From assembly GCA_031425655.1 (NCBI GenBank), contig JANPJS010000168.1:1-27373 (forward strand): a stretch of 27,373 bases of DNA, read 5' to 3'. Under the pieces are notes generated by a model. It searched no databases and was not told the origin of the DNA. It saw nothing but the letters and a program-made list of their open reading frames with translations. The DNA is from Abditibacteriaceae bacterium (GTDB lineage: Bacteria; Armatimonadota; Abditibacteriia; Abditibacteriales; Abditibacteriaceae). A program made the position numbers and the translations under genes. The stretch's first letter is position 1. The number at the start of each line of letters is the position of its first letter. Of this stretch, positions 25,125 to 27,373 are shown one piece after another.

Positions 25125-26954
25125 TTAGCCTTCGCCCGAACGTCCCACAACTTCAGCGGCGAAAAGCTCGGTTGCATAAGTGTGAATATCGGTGTCGAAA
25201 TCGTCGTCGTCGTTGCCGGCGGGCGGAGGCTCTTCGGGCGCCGCTTGCGTCGGAGGCGGAGGCTCAGCCAGGCGGAATTTCAAATGGCGCGGCGCCGCCA
25301 TGCACTCGTTCAGCACTTGCTCGAAAGGCAAACGCTTGGCCGCATCGCACGCTTTGGCGTAATGAAACTCTTTCTTGAACTCCAAAGTTGCGTCGTTTTC
25401 GTCCAACGCGACCGGCTTGGCGTCATGCAAATACGCCACCGCCGTGATGCCGATTTTTTTCTTCACGCGCATCAAAACCGCCGGCCATAACTCGGCGAAC
25501 TCTTCTAAATTGTGAATGCGTCGCCCTTTGCGCGGATTCGGCGCCCAAACCGGCTGGCCGGGGCTGGTTTCCTCGTCACTGGATGCTGGATGCTGGATGT
25601 CCGATGCCGGTTGCTCGATGTCCGATGACGGTTGCTCGTAGTGAGTTTCTGGCACCACTACAGTAGGTTCTGGCGCGGCAGCTTCGGCTTCGGGCATCTC
25701 TTCTTCGATTTCGTCCGGCGCGAAGGCTTCAACAGGCGCGATTTCGGCTTCGGGTTGCTTCCAAACCGGAACTGGCGGCGTTTCCTGCGGTGCTTGACGC
25801 GCTTCAACGGGCGCCGAACGCGTCGGCGCGACCATTGGCGGCGCCGTCTGCGGCGCAGCGGAAGCGGTTGCTATTTCGGCGGCGATAGCGGCGCGCACGA
25901 GCGTTAATTCCAGCAGCAAGCGATGATCGGTGCTCTGGCGCATTTCTTTTTCCGCCAAACGCAGGGCTTCGACAGCCTGCATCAAACGCGCGCGGCCCAT
26001 CTGCTGCGCGTAGCGATGGCGCAGCTTTTTCTCGCTGTCAGTGAGCAAACTGCTGCTTTCAAAGCCGACCGTCAGCAGCAGCAAGTCGCGGCAATAATTG
26101 ATGAGATCGCGCGTAAGTTGCGAGAAACTGGCGCCTTCTTCAGTTGCCGCTTCGATCTGGCGCAGCACGCCCGCCGCATCGCGCTCGGCAACGGCTTCGA
26201 CGATGGCGTGCATCAATTCTTCCGAAATAGTGCCCAAAACTAAGCGCACATCGGATTCTTCAATCGTTTCAGGAGAAAAGGCCGCGACTTGCTCAAGCAG
26301 CGTTAATGCGTCGCGCAACGCGCCGTCGGCGGTGAGAGCGATAAGTCGCGCCGCGTTCGGCGCCAATTGGATGCTTTCGTGCCCGGCGACGTGTTGCAAT
26401 CGCCCGACAATATCAGATGGCCCGACGCGGCGAAAATCGAAGCGCTGGCAGCGCGACGTGATCGTTGTGGGAACTTTGTGCGCGTCGGTCGTGGCGAGCA
26501 CGAAGACCGCGTGCGCTGGCGGCTCTTCGAGGGTTTTCAGCAGCGCGTTGAACGACGACACGCTGAGCATATGCACTTCGTCAATGATGTAAACGCGATA
26601 ACGGCCTTGCGCCGGCGCGACGTTCACCTTTTCGATGATGTTTTCGCGCACGTTATCCACGCCGGTGTTGGAGGCCGCGTCAATCTCGACCAAGTCCATC
26701 ACCGTTTGGTTATCGCGCACGCGAGTGCAGAAATCGCATTCGTTGCAAGGCGTGGCCGTCGGGCCTTTTTCGCAGTTGAGGCACTTGGCAAGCAGTCGCG
26801 CAGTGGTGGTTTTGCCGGTTCCGCGCGGCCCGCAGAAGAGATAAGCGTGCGCGGTGCGTCCGGCGCCAAGAGCATTGCGCAGCGTTTGCGCGATATGTTC
26901 CTGCCCGACAACATCCTCGAACGTTTGAGGCCGATATTTGCGGTAGAGAGACAT
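25125..26954 (-). CDS. dnaX: DNA polymerase III subunit gamma/tau
   Basis: LYRKYRPQTFEDVVGQ, GPRGTGKTT, CLNC...CNECDFC, EIDAASNTGVD, IIDEVHML, SRCQRFDF; start ATG 26954. Confidence 0.98.
   Translation of the reverse strand: MSLYRKYRPQTFEDVVGQEHIAQTLRNALGAGRTAHAYLFCGPRGTGKTTTARLLAKCLNCEKGPTATPCNECDFCTRVRDNQTVMDLVEIDAASNTGVDNVRENIIEKVNVAPAQGRYRVYIIDEVHMLSVSSFNALLKTLEEPPAHAVFVLATTDAHKVPTTITSRCQRFDFRRVGPSDIVGRLQHVAGHESIQLAPNAARLIALTADGALRDALTLLEQVAAFSPETIEESDVRLVLGTISEELMHAIVEAVAERDAAGVLRQIEAATEEGASFSQLTRDLINYCRDLLLLTVGFESSSLLTDSEKKLRHRYAQQMGRARLMQAVEALRLAEKEMRQSTDHRLLLELTLVRAAIAAEIATASAAPQTAPPMVAPTRSAPVEARQAPQETPPVPVWKQPEAEIAPVEAFAPDEIEEEMPEAEAAAPEPTVVVPETHYEQPSSDIEQPASDIQHPASSDEETSPGQPVWAPNPRKGRRIHNLEEFAELWPAVLMRVKKKIGITAVAYLHDAKPVALDENDATLEFKKEFHYAKACDAAKRLPFEQVLNECMAAPRHLKFRLAEPPPPTQAAPEEPPPAGNDDDDFDTDIHTYATELFAAEVVGRSGEG
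25579..25641. repeat. In-frame degenerate heptamer array in the dnaX linker
   Basis: CTGGATG x3 then TCCGATG, CCGGTTG, CTCGATG, TCCGATG, ACGGTTG, CTCGTAG; encodes EQPSSDI-EQPASDI-QHPASS. Confidence 0.8.
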
Positions 26955-26958
26955 GAGA

Positions 26959-27030
26959 AGTGACGAGTAACGAGTGACGAATGACGAATAGAGATTTCCA
27001 CTCGTCACTCGTCACTCGTCACTCGTCACT
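26959..27030. repeat. Inverted heptamer arrays (AGTGACG / CACTCGT)
   Basis: AGTGACG AGTAACG AGTGACG AATGACG ... CACTCGT x4 + CACT, between ffs and dnaX. Confidence 0.92.
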
Positions 27031-27038
27031 AAATCGAA

Positions 27039-27310
27039 TGGCCGCGCACCCACGCTTGGACCACGACCTTCCGGGCGGAATCGAAATCGGTGGCTGGAAA
27101 CAGGACACCTACAACGCACGGCGGGAAGCGCTTACCGTTGCTGTCTTCCGACCCTGGCGGGGTTCACGCCGCGCCGTCGTATAGGACCCGTTTCGTTATC
27201 GCCCCGTGTTTCGCCCTTGCCCACAAGATCGGGCCGCGGCGCGGGAATTCAGCTCCGCTAAAGCGGATTGCGGATTCAGGGCACCGCTGGCTCCCCGCTT
27301 AGCGCGACCA
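27039..27310 (-). ncRNA. ffs: Signal recognition particle RNA, large (Alu-domain) bacterial type
   Basis: Minus strand begins GGTCGCGCTAAGCGGGGAGCCAGCGGTGCCCTG...CCGCAATCCGCT (Alu domain) and contains GTGAACCCCGCCAGGGTC-GGAA-GACAGCAACGGTAAGC (helix 8, Ffh site); the 3' end GTGCGCGGCCA pairs with the 5' end; classic position upstream of dnaX. Confidence 0.93.
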
Positions 27311-27318
27311 AAAAAAGA

Positions 27319-27373
27319 GAGTTTTGAGTTTTGAGTTTTGAGTTTTGAGTTAATTGCTAACTCAAAACTCAAA
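27319..27373. repeat. Inverted heptamer arrays (GAGTTTT x4 / AACTCAA), truncated by the window end
   Basis: Same unit as 24606-24680. Confidence 0.9.

Noticed and set aside
25440..26040. Programmed frameshift or slippage in dnaX (gamma/tau)
   Set aside because: Only G-AAA-AAG (near 26025) and an A7 run (near 25454) were seen; neither is the in-frame A-AAA-AAG or A9 signal known from other bacteria
24606..27373. Repeat arrays as CRISPR
   Set aside because: Units are 7 bp, directly tandem and without unique spacers; no cas genes
1..27373. Autonomous mobile element, retroelement or defence system explaining the repeats
   Set aside because: No transposase, integrase, reverse transcriptase or nuclease ORF is recognisable here; any mobiliser would have to be encoded elsewhere

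Overview
Bacterial chromosomal window with GC around 60% in core genes. The gene content (DUF6785 membrane protein, long Alu-type SRP RNA, DUF1080/DUF1349, Tat-exported GH29) suggests Armatimonadota/Abditibacteriota; this is inference only. Left (minus strand): DUF1080 protein, metallophosphoesterase, mfd, a secreted HMA metal-binding protein, a Gly-rich repeat protein and a redoxin lipoprotein. Centre: a divergent cluster that looks like sulfated/fucosylated glycan utilisation. Its minus arm is FGE, sulfatase, DUF6785 membrane protein and Zn-dehydrogenase; its plus arm is DUF1349, GH29 and LamG-GH95 fucosidases. A lower-GC DUF1963/YwqG-like gene follows. Right (minus strand): ffs-dnaX-ybaB-recR-pdxS and an orphan GspE/PilB ATPase. 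The most striking non-standard signal is that many intercistronic spacers are filled by an inverted-repeat element whose arms are short tandem arrays (7-, 8- or 9-bp units, mostly a different unit per locus). Some carry mirrored secondary inserts, and similar repeats are translated in frame inside mfd, dnaX and the DUF6785 gene. No transposase, integrase, reverse transcriptase, tRNA, rRNA or CRISPR array was seen. Product calls come from motif recognition by eye, not database searches.
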